Source: Balneola sp. (lineage in GTDB: Bacteria > Bacteroidota > Rhodothermia > Balneolales > Balneolaceae). From it: a DNA stretch of 64,000 nucleotides. The notes beneath the pieces are model-generated. The model was not told the origin of the DNA, did not search any database, and was given only the letters and a program-made list of their open reading frames with translations. The DNA is taken from positions 13,742-77,741 of the forward strand of contig JBLWXC010000006.1 in NCBI GenBank assembly GCA_048267645.1. Direction: 5' to 3'. Each line of letters opens with the position of its first letter. Within the stretch, counting starts at the first letter, position 1. Shown piece after piece: positions 17,888 to 27,258 of the stretch. Position numbers and translations under genes: made by a program.

Positions 17888-20647
17888 ATGGTAAAAAAAT
17901 TACTCGCTCTTTTATTTCCTTGTTTAATTATGGGGAATGCTTGGGCTCAGACTGACTCAATTGCACCGCAATTGCATGATTCATTGTTAATTGAATACTT
18001 GAGGACGAACTATTATCCCTCAAATCCTAAAAACTATGATCCTGCTAGGGATTATATGTACCAAACCTTAGATGTAGATGAAACAGATAGCCTAACAGGC
18101 GTTTATACTGGTTTACGAGCTAAGGCAGATGGAACAAGAACACCAAGTAATGGTTCTTTAAGTTTTAACACCGAGCATTCGTGGCCACAGAGCTTTTATA
18201 ACAACAATGAGCCCATGCGAGGGGATATTCATCACTTGTATCCTGTTTGGAGTTCGGCTAATTCTTCACGTAATAATAATCCTTTTGCCGAGATTGATGA
18301 TAATCTGACCACATCTTGGTGGTATTGGAAAAATGGAGAGAAATTAGAATCCATTCCTGTTTCAGATATTGATGAGTACAGCGAGTATTACAATAATTCT
18401 TTTGAGCCTCGTGAATCTCATAAAGGAAATGCAGCTCGGTCGATGTTCTACTTTTGGACTTTATATCAAACAAATACCAATATTATTAACGATGAATATG
18501 ATAATCAGGCATTTTTTGATGGGATGAAGGAAACCCTTTATCAATGGCACAAACAAGATCCTGTTGATGCCGCCGAATTAGCTAGAAGTTTAGCTATAGA
18601 GTCTTTTCAAGGAAATCGGAATCCATTTATTCACGATACCTCCTTAGTTAGAAGGGCATTTTTCTATGAAGGGGAAATAGCATCACCAAATTCTGAGCTA
18701 CCAGATGTATTCATTTCAGAAGTTTATGAAGCAAATGGTGGGACTGTTAAATATTTAGAGTTATTCAATACAACTGATAGCGGTATCGATTTCACAACCG
18801 ATAGTTGGGAGCTGAGAAGGTATTCAAATTCAAATTCTACTTTTACTTCAATTCCATTAACAGGAAGTATATCATCAAAAGGGTTTTATGTTATTGGTGA
18901 TGATAATTCAGGAAGTGGAGTCCAAACTATATTTGGTGAGGACATAGTTGATCAAAGCACTAACGCGATTAATCATAACGGAAATGAAAAGTATATACTT
19001 GTTCGTACCGTCTCAGAAGTAATTGATACCGTTGATTCTTTTGGAATTGACAATATTGGAAACAGCAGTGATTTTGCAAAAAACCAGGTGGCGTATCGCT
19101 TATTTGATGAGTTACCAAATAATGGAAGCTTTGGGCAATCATCACTTTCTAGCAATGGAGATACGGTAGCATCGGGTAATTGGGTAGTTTTTAATGTTAC
19201 TTCTTCGAATGCTAACGCAAAAATTGTGGCTTCTCCGGGCTTTAGTAAAGGTTTAGAGTCTTCTTTAAAGCCAGAAGCGATGATTACTGGAAGTGCCGGA
19301 TGGCGATTGATATCAATTCCAGCAAATAATGGAACCATATCAATGATTTCAGATGATATGGCTATTCAAGGTGTTGGAAATGGGTCTACTCCAAATGTTT
19401 ATACGTTCGATAGCTCCGGTTTATATCAAACTCCATCAACTTCTAGTACCACTCTAGAAAATGGATTAGGGTTGTTGGCGTATTTCTTCGATAATAATTT
19501 ATTGGGGAGCAATGAGCTTCCTTTAGCTCTTGATGTAACCGAAGATGAGCCAGAAAGCGATGTTAATGTTAGTTTAAATACAACAAATCTAAATAATGGA
19601 AGTTACTTTACCTTGGTGGGAAATCCATTTCAAAGTAATTTTGATGCAAGTTCTATTTCAGTAAATAACTCCATTCAAGCGAATGCTCATTTTCTTGCAA
19701 ATGGCTTGTATTACACAGAACCATTGTCAACTACTACATTGCTGCCTTGGCAAGCATTCTGGGTGGAGTCGAGTTCGGCAAACGCCTCTACTCAACTAAC
19801 TTTTCCTGTAAGTGGCAAAACAAACTCTGTGGCAACAGTTAGTGCATTTTCTAAGCAAAACGCTCTCAAATTTGACATTAGCCTTAATCTAGAGTCAAGT
19901 AAATCCTATGATAGAGGTTGTGTAGTTACTTTTAATAGCGAATCTGGTTTTGGTTGGGATAGATTCGATGCCTCCAAATTAGCACCATCTGTTGACCAAT
20001 ATGCCATACTCGGTTGCATTGAGGAAGGTAGAGTTAAGGCTGTTAGTTCTTACTCAAGCGACTTGCTAGAAGAGCTAGAAATTCCACTCTTTTTTGAATC
20101 TGTTAATGTAGATGATGCACTTTCATTAAGTTGGGGCGTTTCAGAAAATCTGCCTACTGGATGGGATGTCTTTTTGAGAGATAATGTTACAAACGAAGAA
20201 TTTTCTCTACTAGATAAATCAGAATATGATTTCCTAAACGAGACCTTATCTAAAGAAATAACCAGTGCTGTTCCCCACATTGAGCTTAAAGAAGTTCAGC
20301 TGAAAGCACAGGAACAAGAGCGTTTTACACTTGTTGTTAGGCCAAGCATAATTGTTAGCAATAACCATGAAGTAACTCTTCCAAATGGATTTTCTTTAGC
20401 TCAAAACTATCCAAACCCTTTCAATCCAACCACTATAATTAGCTATTCTCTTGACTCTAATGAACATGTTCGGTTATCTATCTATTCTATTACAGGGCAA
20501 GAGGTTGCGAGATTGATTGACTCGTCGCAATCGTCAGGAGAGAAGCAAGTTGTATGGAATGCAGGTAATCTTTCTAGTGGCGTTTACTATGCACAATTGA
20601 AAATTGCAGGTGAGATAAGATCAATTAAAATGACCTTATTGAAATAA
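17888..20647 (+). CDS. Secreted endonuclease I-family nuclease with lamin-tail domain and T9SS-type C-terminal domain
   Basis: Signal peptide; NTEHSWPQS, DIHHLYP, KGNAAR, QGNRNPF; LTD-like FISEVYE...YLELFN; QNYPNPFNPTT...MTLLK C-terminus. Confidence 0.85.
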   Translation: MVKKLLALLFPCLIMGNAWAQTDSIAPQLHDSLLIEYLRTNYYPSNPKNYDPARDYMYQTLDVDETDSLTGVYTGLRAKADGTRTPSNGSLSFNTEHSWPQSFYNNNEPMRGDIHHLYPVWSSANSSRNNNPFAEIDDNLTTSWWYWKNGEKLESIPVSDIDEYSEYYNNSFEPRESHKGNAARSMFYFWTLYQTNTNIINDEYDNQAFFDGMKETLYQWHKQDPVDAAELARSLAIESFQGNRNPFIHDTSLVRRAFFYEGEIASPNSELPDVFISEVYEANGGTVKYLELFNTTDSGIDFTTDSWELRRYSNSNSTFTSIPLTGSISSKGFYVIGDDNSGSGVQTIFGEDIVDQSTNAINHNGNEKYILVRTVSEVIDTVDSFGIDNIGNSSDFAKNQVAYRLFDELPNNGSFGQSSLSSNGDTVASGNWVVFNVTSSNANAKIVASPGFSKGLESSLKPEAMITGSAGWRLISIPANNGTISMISDDMAIQGVGNGSTPNVYTFDSSGLYQTPSTSSTTLENGLGLLAYFFDNNLLGSNELPLALDVTEDEPESDVNVSLNTTNLNNGSYFTLVGNPFQSNFDASSISVNNSIQANAHFLANGLYYTEPLSTTTLLPWQAFWVESSSANASTQLTFPVSGKTNSVATVSAFSKQNALKFDISLNLESSKSYDRGCVVTFNSESGFGWDRFDASKLAPSVDQYAILGCIEEGRVKAVSSYSSDLLEELEIPLFFESVNVDDALSLSWGVSENLPTGWDVFLRDNVTNEEFSLLDKSEYDFLNETLSKEITSAVPHIELKEVQLKAQEQERFTLVVRPSIIVSNNHEVTLPNGFSLAQNYPNPFNPTTIISYSLDSNEHVRLSIYSITGQEVARLIDSSQSSGEKQVVWNAGNLSSGVYYAQLKIAGEIRSIKMTLLK

Positions 20648-20661
20648 TTTATTTCCAAAAA

Positions 20662-20691
20662 AAAAAAGCTCTACCGAAATAGAGCTTTTTT
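20662..20691. terminator. Bidirectional intrinsic terminator
   Basis: AAAAAAGCTCTA-CCGAAA-TAGAGCTTTTTT between convergent genes. Confidence 0.85.
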
Positions 20692-20711
20692 AAAAATGAA
20701 TTCAAATGAAC

Positions 20712-21440
20712 TTACTTAACTTTGATAAGTTCAACTTTAAAGATAAGCGTTGAGTTTGGTCCAATAATACTTCCTCTTGGAGCATTTGGGCCGTAAGCCA
20801 ATTCAGCTGGGATATAAAACTCATAAGTAGCGCCTTCTTTCATTAATTGTACGCCTTCAGTCCAACCTCTAATAACACGATTTAAAGGGAAAGAAACAGA
20901 TTCTCCACGCTCGTATGAGCTATCAAATACGCGACCGTCAATAAGTGAGCCTTCGTAGTTAACTTCAACTTCGTCAGTAGCGGCAGGAGATTTACCAGTA
21001 CCTTCTTCAAGTACTTTGTATTGTAACCCTGAAGAAGTTTCAATAACACCATCTTTAGCTTTATTAGCAGCTAAAAACTCTTGGCCTTCTTTCATGTTTT
21101 TGTCCATTAACATTTTTGCTAAATCAGAACGGTAGATATTGATGATGTCGTTACGTTCAGTTTCAGTTAAAGACTCATTATTATTCATCCCGTTAATAAA
21201 ACCAGATAGATACTGCTCGTAATTAAAATCGGTAGCACCTTCGTTAACAAGGAACTGCGCGTTTTGATATCCCAATGCAAAACTTACGCTGTCAATTTTA
21301 TTTTCTAGTTTAACTGCAGGAGCAGTGGAATAATTTGGGGTTTGATTATTGCAAGCAACTGTAACTGATACAAAGAATAAAGCTACTGCAAGATAATTTT
21401 TTTTTAATTTCATAAGATTTATTAGTGATTTTTTATTCAA
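20712..21440 (-). CDS. FkpA/Mip-type FKBP PPIase, probable lipoprotein
   Basis: Lipobox-like VTVAC; SFALG; SGLQYKVLEEG; FDSSYERG; VIRGWTEG; start probably 21413. Confidence 0.9.
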   Translation of the reverse strand: MNKKSLINLMKLKKNYLAVALFFVSVTVACNNQTPNYSTAPAVKLENKIDSVSFALGYQNAQFLVNEGATDFNYEQYLSGFINGMNNNESLTETERNDIINIYRSDLAKMLMDKNMKEGQEFLAANKAKDGVIETSSGLQYKVLEEGTGKSPAATDEVEVNYEGSLIDGRVFDSSYERGESVSFPLNRVIRGWTEGVQLMKEGATYEFYIPAELAYGPNAPRGSIIGPNSTLIFKVELIKVK

Positions 21441-21540
21441 AACTTTCTAAAAATAGGGTAAATACTTCCAAAGTGGAATATAAATTCATCCATTCTATGT
21501 ATATTTACATCTAATTAATAAAGAAAAGGATAAAAGCACT

Positions 21541-23055
21541 TTGACATTTAACGATATAGAGCTCAATGAGTCGCTAAGATTAGGCTTGAATGATGTTGGT
21601 TATACTGAACCTACACCAATTCAAGAACAAAGTATTCCGTTTGCGCTTGAAGGAAAAGACATATTGGGAGCGGCCCAGACGGGCACAGGGAAAACAGGCG
21701 CATTCGTAATTCCGATTTTGGAGAAGATTCTCAGAAATCCTTCAAAAGGAACAAAAGCGTTAATTTTATCTCCAACTAGGGAGTTAGCGCAGCAGATTGA
21801 CGAACAGATTTTTGCATTAGGTTACCATACTGGAATTTCATCCGCAATTGTGATTGGTGGAGAAGATTTCACTCGCCAAGCTAATGCTATTAGAGCAGGT
21901 GTTGATATTATAGTTGCAACACCAGGTCGACTTATCGATCAGATAAAAGTACTAGATGTAGATTTTAGTAACATCAAGTTTTTGGTTTTAGATGAAGCTG
22001 ATCGAATGTTAGACATGGGTTTCTTACCCGATGTAAACAAAATTATTGATAAGCTACCAAAAGAACGCCAAACGATGTTGTTCTCTGCAACCATGCCTAA
22101 AGAGTTGCAGAAGCTTATGAACAGCGTGATGAAAGATCCGCTAAAAGTTCAAATTGAAGTTTCTACTACATCAAAAAGAGTAGACCAGAGAGCATATTTT
22201 GTTCCTCCACGTAAGAAAATGGAGTTGGTACAACAACTTCTCGATGAAATAGAATGGAGTTCTTGTATTGTATTTTCTGCAACTAAGAAAGGAACAAACG
22301 AACTCGAACGTTTGCTAAACAAAAAAGGCATTAAAGCAGGAAGTATACATGGTGATAGAAGTCAAGATGAGAGGACTAAATCTCTTCGTGATTTCAAAAA
22401 TGGTACAGTTCCTGTAATTGTAGCTACCGATGTACTTGCTCGTGGTATAGATATTGATAATGTGTCGCTTATCATCAATTATGATGTTCCAAAAGCTGTT
22501 GAAGATTATATTCACAGAGTTGGAAGAACTGGCCGTTATGATAAAGATGGAATCGCAATTACTTTGGTTAGTAAAGCTGATCAAAAATATTTCGAGCCTA
22601 TCAAAAATAAAGTGGGCAAAGACTTAGTAATTTTGGAACAATCTGAAGAAGCTCCTGTAGATAGCGCTCCAAAAGAAGAAAAGCCAAAAGCAGAAAAACG
22701 CGATCCTAAATCATTAAAACCTATCAATGTTGATAATGATAAGGTTTCAATCACTACAAATTCTGAAGGGCGAGTAATTATAAAGCTTAAGAACAAACCT
22801 ACTCCTGTTGTTGAGGAAAAGAAAGAAGTTGTAGAGAAGCCTAAAAAAACTTCTAAGCCTATAGTTACTAAAAAGGCTCCTAAGAAAGCTGAAGTTAAGA
22901 CAAAGAAGAAAAAAATCGAGCTTAAGAAAAAGAAGCCAGCTGTTACACCAGATAGAATAGGTAAGGCTACAGAGCGAAACAAAAATATCCGTAAGCCCGC
23001 TAAAGGTTTTTGGGGTATTATTAAAAGCTTTATACCACGTTTTGGTAAAGACTAG
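21541..23055 (+). CDS. DEAD-box RNA helicase (RhlE-like) with Lys-rich tail
   Basis: Q motif PTPIQ, AQTGTGKT, PTRELA, DEAD, SAT, ARGID, HRVGRTGR. Confidence 0.95.
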   Translation: MTFNDIELNESLRLGLNDVGYTEPTPIQEQSIPFALEGKDILGAAQTGTGKTGAFVIPILEKILRNPSKGTKALILSPTRELAQQIDEQIFALGYHTGISSAIVIGGEDFTRQANAIRAGVDIIVATPGRLIDQIKVLDVDFSNIKFLVLDEADRMLDMGFLPDVNKIIDKLPKERQTMLFSATMPKELQKLMNSVMKDPLKVQIEVSTTSKRVDQRAYFVPPRKKMELVQQLLDEIEWSSCIVFSATKKGTNELERLLNKKGIKAGSIHGDRSQDERTKSLRDFKNGTVPVIVATDVLARGIDIDNVSLIINYDVPKAVEDYIHRVGRTGRYDKDGIAITLVSKADQKYFEPIKNKVGKDLVILEQSEEAPVDSAPKEEKPKAEKRDPKSLKPINVDNDKVSITTNSEGRVIIKLKNKPTPVVEEKKEVVEKPKKTSKPIVTKKAPKKAEVKTKKKKIELKKKKPAVTPDRIGKATERNKNIRKPAKGFWGIIKSFIPRFGKD

Positions 23056-23109
23056 TTAACTCCTTTTTAATTTGAACATTCTATTTTTAAGGAAAAAAAT
23101 AATTAAAAT

Positions 23110-24291
23110 ATGAAAACATTTAGCATAGCACTTCTCACAATTGTATTTGGTTTGAGTTGTCAAAAAGTTGTAGAAAAGAGTAATACAGAAACTTTTACTG
23201 TAGTTTCTTCAAAATCTACAATTCAGGATAAACTACCCCTTGTTGCTGATAAGAAGATTAAGAATGTAATTTTGCTTATTGCCGACGGTACGGGTATTGC
23301 ACAGATTACATCAGGTCAGTACGCAATAGTTGGTTCAGATGGAACTTTGAACCTTCAAAGAATGCCAATTACAGGTATTACAAGAACAAAATCGGCAAAT
23401 AGTTTAGTTACTGATTCTGCCGCTGGTGCAACAGCTTATTCTTGTGGAGAGAAAACTGATAATGGAATGATTGCGTATTTACCAAATGGTAAGAACTGCA
23501 AGACCTTACTAGAGTTTGCTGAAGAAATGGGGCTGAGTACTGGTTTGGTTGCAACATCAACAATTACGCACGCTACGCCAGCAAGCTTTGCTTCTCATGT
23601 AGAATCTAGAAGTATGCAAGCTGAAATTGCCGCTCAATACCTAGATTCTGGTGTAGAAGTGTTTTTGGGTGGCGGTTTGGAATATTTTATCCCCCAAACT
23701 ACAGAAGGAAGTTCAAGAAAAGACGACCGTAATTTGGTAGATGAGTTTATCGCAAAAGGTTACGATTTTATTGATAATGCCGACGATTTGGCCACAAGTA
23801 ATGGTGAGATGCTTTTAGGCTTATTTTCATTAGAAGGAATGGATAGTGAGAATAGAACGCCGACGTTAGCTCAAATGACAGAAAAAGCTCTTTCTAATTT
23901 AAGTACCAATGAGAAAGGATTTTTCTTAATGGTTGAAGGAAGCCAAATTGATTGGGGTGGACATGGCAATAATACTGAGTATGTTATTCGTGAAATGAGA
24001 GATTTTGATGCTGCCGTTAAAAGTGCATTAGATTTCGCAGAAAAAGACGGAGAAACCTTAGTAGTTCTTACTGCCGATCACGAAACTGGTGGAATGACAC
24101 TTCAAAACTCTAAATCTGATTCAAAAGAGATGGAGATTTATTGGACTACAACCCATCACTCTGGTGTTCCAATTGCAACAATGGCATACGGCCCTCACGC
24201 AATCCAATTCTCTGGCTGGCAAGAAAACACCGATGTAGGTCGTAAAATCGCCGCTTTGATGGGAATTAAAATGTTTCCTGTTAGCGAATAA
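23110..24291 (+). CDS. Alkaline phosphatase (PhoA family), lipoprotein
   Basis: Lipobox GLSC; IADG, VTDSAAGATA phosphoserine motif, HATPA, EGSQIDWGGH, TADHETGG. Confidence 0.92.
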   Translation: MKTFSIALLTIVFGLSCQKVVEKSNTETFTVVSSKSTIQDKLPLVADKKIKNVILLIADGTGIAQITSGQYAIVGSDGTLNLQRMPITGITRTKSANSLVTDSAAGATAYSCGEKTDNGMIAYLPNGKNCKTLLEFAEEMGLSTGLVATSTITHATPASFASHVESRSMQAEIAAQYLDSGVEVFLGGGLEYFIPQTTEGSSRKDDRNLVDEFIAKGYDFIDNADDLATSNGEMLLGLFSLEGMDSENRTPTLAQMTEKALSNLSTNEKGFFLMVEGSQIDWGGHGNNTEYVIREMRDFDAAVKSALDFAEKDGETLVVLTADHETGGMTLQNSKSDSKEMEIYWTTTHHSGVPIATMAYGPHAIQFSGWQENTDVGRKIAALMGIKMFPVSE

Positions 24292-25483
24292 TAGACGTTT
24301 TTATCTGTTTGGATCCATCTTCATTAATGTGGGTCCAAGCAGCTATTAGTTGGTTCCCATTTTTAGTTAGCTGAGGGAAACCACTAGTTCTCGCAGAAGC
24401 CATTTCTGAAATTACTCGAGATTGTATCACATTTCCTTTTTGATCTATCTGCTTAAGCTTGTAAAGCGCTATAGATGCATTATCAGGTGAACGCTCAAGC
24501 CAGGTAACTACGGCCGTCTTATCGTCTAATACTACAACATCTACTCGGCCTAGCGCATTAACATCATCTATTTGGATTGCAGGTTCGAAATTATCTCCAA
24601 AATCATTCGAAAAGCTTAATTTCACTTTTGCTGAATCATTAGCTGCTGTAAACCAAGTAACGGCCACAGTTTTTTCGTTAGCGCTAATCGAAGGTCCATT
24701 TACAGGACAAGCTGCAATTTCCCAATTATCATTATGTACTGCTTTGGGTGAAGACCATTTTCCATTCTTAAATTTAGAAGTGTAAATATCACGGATTTCG
24801 TATTCTGTACGATTTCTAAAAACACTGATGAGTCCATCCTCTGTAAGAACAGATGCTGTTCCGCAACAATCACAAACACTTGCATCAATTTCAAACTCAG
24901 AAAGTAGTTCTAATTGATTTGAAATAACGGCCGAACGTAAAGTCATAGCTGAGTTCAAATCGGATGCAGTTCCATGAGATTGCCTAACTGTTTTTCTTCC
25001 ATCTAGCCAAACAGCCATAAAAGTGGAATCGCTTAGAGGTGTCATGCTTACGAACCCATGTTCACTGGCAGTATTATCATTGTGAGGAGTTAGAACGTTA
25101 CCCCATCTCTCAAAAGCTGTTGAAATATTGACATCATATGAATAGGAACTTCCTTTTTTTTTCTGAAGCCAGTGAGCGGCCATAATATCTCCATTTCTGG
25201 CTATTACTGAAGGAAAGTCGGCCCAGTTTACAAACCATGTATCAGAGCTTCGAATTGATACAGCATCACTCCAAATTGAATCATCTAAAGAAGAATAGAA
25301 TAGGGTAGAGCTATCATCGTTTGTTTCTACCCAACTCATAAAAACTATTCCTGTATTGTCGGTAAAGAGATTTGGCAAAGAGGAATTCATACCGCTGGGC
25401 GCTTCTATCTCACTAATACTAAAGTTATGAGGCTTAGAGCATGCAATTGTAATTAAAAGGAAGCTAAGGGTTATGTATCGCAT
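24281..25483 (-). CDS. BNR/sialidase-fold lipoprotein with CDCC and CPVNGP motifs
   Basis: Lipobox TIAC; VNWADFPS; CDCC; WEIAACPVNGP; Asp-box-like SNDFGDNF. Confidence 0.7.
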   Translation of the reverse strand: MRYITLSFLLITIACSKPHNFSISEIEAPSGMNSSLPNLFTDNTGIVFMSWVETNDDSSTLFYSSLDDSIWSDAVSIRSSDTWFVNWADFPSVIARNGDIMAAHWLQKKKGSSYSYDVNISTAFERWGNVLTPHNDNTASEHGFVSMTPLSDSTFMAVWLDGRKTVRQSHGTASDLNSAMTLRSAVISNQLELLSEFEIDASVCDCCGTASVLTEDGLISVFRNRTEYEIRDIYTSKFKNGKWSSPKAVHNDNWEIAACPVNGPSISANEKTVAVTWFTAANDSAKVKLSFSNDFGDNFEPAIQIDDVNALGRVDVVVLDDKTAVVTWLERSPDNASIALYKLKQIDQKGNVIQSRVISEMASARTSGFPQLTKNGNQLIAAWTHINEDGSKQIKTSIIR

Positions 25484-25862
25484 TCTGATTTAATTTATAG
25501 GTATAGTCAGCTAAAACGATGCCAACGATAGATGTAAATGGAAAAGTGAATAAGTACCAATAAGGCACCATTGTAAGAGAAGATGCTATTTCAAAAGCAC
25601 TCCAAAGCAGTGTAAGAGCAAGAAAGGCTAGAAGGTGATATCGAGGAGAAAAGCCAGCTACAGTCATAGTCATCATACAACCAAGCCAAGAGGAAATAAT
25701 GGAAACTAGGTATACGACAATAACCCAAGAAGTATCAGGAATGGAGGATAATCCGAAGAAGGAAAATTCGATAGTAAAAAAGAAAGAAATGATGATTCTA
25801 GAAAAGCCTTCTACAAAAAGACTAAGAATGAATCCTAAAAAAACAGCGCCGATACTCTTCAT
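25464..25862 (-). CDS. Hypothetical multi-TM membrane protein
   Basis: About four hydrophobic helices; overlaps the next gene. Confidence 0.65.
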   Translation of the reverse strand: MKSIGAVFLGFILSLFVEGFSRIIISFFFTIEFSFFGLSSIPDTSWVIVVYLVSIISSWLGCMMTMTVAGFSPRYHLLAFLALTLLWSAFEIASSLTMVPYWYLFTFPFTSIVGIVLADYTYKLNQNAIHNP

Positions 25863-25952
25863 AAATATTTGTTAGTTGCTCTGATGGTAACCACTTCATC
25901 AAGTTAAAACAACTATTGGTAGATTTATAAACGAAAAGAAATTAAGAATTAA

Positions 25953-26507
25953 ATGAATTATTGTAATTGTTCTTTGTATTTTCAGAAAAACCCAAAATCA
26001 ATTGTTATGAAATATACACTTACACTATTAATCGCATTATTAATTTCAACAGTAAGCTTTGCACAAGAAAGCGAGAAAAAAGAAGTTCTACGTCTTTCAG
26101 AACCTGTTGAAGTAACAGATCAATACGAAGTTTTTGGTTCTAAAATCAAAACTAAAGATGCTCCAAAGCCACTTGCTGATGTTATTGCAAAAAGCGCTGA
26201 CCATCAAGATAAAGAAGTTATTGTAACCGCAAATGTTACTGAAGTTTGTTCTAAAAAAGGTTGTTTTTTTGTAGCAAATAGTGGCGATAAATCAGCAAGA
26301 ATTACTTTTGTTGATTATAGCTTCTTTGTTCCAACCGACTCTCAAGGTAAAGACGTTACTATTGTTGGCGTGTTTAACGAAAAGACTTTGACCGAAGAAC
26401 AAGCAAAGCATTACGCTGAAGATGCTGGACAAAATCCAGACGACGTTGTTGGCGAGCAAAAAGAGTATTCAATCGTAGCAACATCAGTTGTAATACCAAA
26501 AAACTAA
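25953..26507 (+). CDS. DUF4920 secreted OB-fold protein
   Basis: Signal peptide from ATG 26007; VCSKKGCF and FFVP motifs. Confidence 0.8.
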   Translation: MNYCNCSLYFQKNPKSIVMKYTLTLLIALLISTVSFAQESEKKEVLRLSEPVEVTDQYEVFGSKIKTKDAPKPLADVIAKSADHQDKEVIVTANVTEVCSKKGCFFVANSGDKSARITFVDYSFFVPTDSQGKDVTIVGVFNEKTLTEEQAKHYAEDAGQNPDDVVGEQKEYSIVATSVVIPKN

Positions 26508-26522
26508 AAGAGCCTATTATAC

Positions 26523-27014
26523 ATGAATGAAAATGATATTCTGGTTCCATCAGAAGTGACTTCATCAGAGAAGCAGCTAATGGAATCTCCAGAAATAGAG
26601 ACTATTGCTAAAAAAGTAATCGAAAAGAATAAGCTCGAATTTGGCCCTGCAGAAATTGGATATTTTTTAGTGTATCCAAATATTTCGAAACAGAAAGCTG
26701 CCAAATGCATGAAAGCAACCCGAGAAGTTAAGTACTATTCGGGAAACGATTACTTAATCGAAGTTTCTGGTGAGCTTTGGGACATGCTTGATAACGATAC
26801 TAAGGAAATGGTAATCTATCATGAGTTACTTCATATAGACCCTTCTTTTAAGTCTAAAACTCAAGAATGGAAGATGAACTTAAAGCGCCCAGATTTTTCT
26901 GATTACTACACTATAAACGACAAGTACGGAAACGAATGGTATAAAACGGTACAAGCAACAGCTTCGTCGTTATACGATTTAGATCCACGCCAAGAAAGCA
27001 AAGTTTCTCTTTAG
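26523..27014 (+). CDS. Putative HExxH metallopeptidase (phage-metallopeptidase-like)
   Basis: IYHELLH motif preceded by DYLIEV...W. Confidence 0.6.
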   Translation: MNENDILVPSEVTSSEKQLMESPEIETIAKKVIEKNKLEFGPAEIGYFLVYPNISKQKAAKCMKATREVKYYSGNDYLIEVSGELWDMLDNDTKEMVIYHELLHIDPSFKSKTQEWKMNLKRPDFSDYYTINDKYGNEWYKTVQATASSLYDLDPRQESKVSL

Positions 27015-27033
27015 TAGTTTCACTTTCAGAGCA

Positions 27034-27255
27034 TTAAAATGTAAAGCCCTCTTTTTCTAAGAGGGCTTTTATTTTATTAAGATGATCCCCTTGGATTTCA
27101 ATACTCTTTCCTTTTACAGTTCCACCTGTACCTAATTGCTGTTTTAGTTTTTTAGCAAGGTTTTCGATAACCTGAGGGTTATGCTGGATGTTTTTAATAA
27201 CTGTAACCTGCTTGCCTCTACGGCCAGATTTATCAACACTGATAGATAATTTCAT
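27034..27255 (-). CDS. SUI1/YciH translation initiation factor
   Basis: GRRGKQVTVI, LKQQLGTGGTVK, IEIQGDH. Confidence 0.9.
   Translation of the reverse strand: MKLSISVDKSGRRGKQVTVIKNIQHNPQVIENLAKKLKQQLGTGGTVKGKSIEIQGDHLNKIKALLEKEGFTF
27043..27078 (+). terminator. Intrinsic terminator embedded in the convergent SUI1 CDS
   Basis: AAAGCCCTCTT-TTTCT-AAGAGGGCTTT followed by a T-rich tract. Confidence 0.7.
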
Positions 27256-27258
27256 TTT

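Noticed and set aside
25154-25162. Homopolymer runs (also near 2202, 20657, 31582) as phase-variation tracts
   Set aside because: They are short A/T runs encoding poly-Lys in intact frames or forming terminator tails, as expected in AT-rich DNA.
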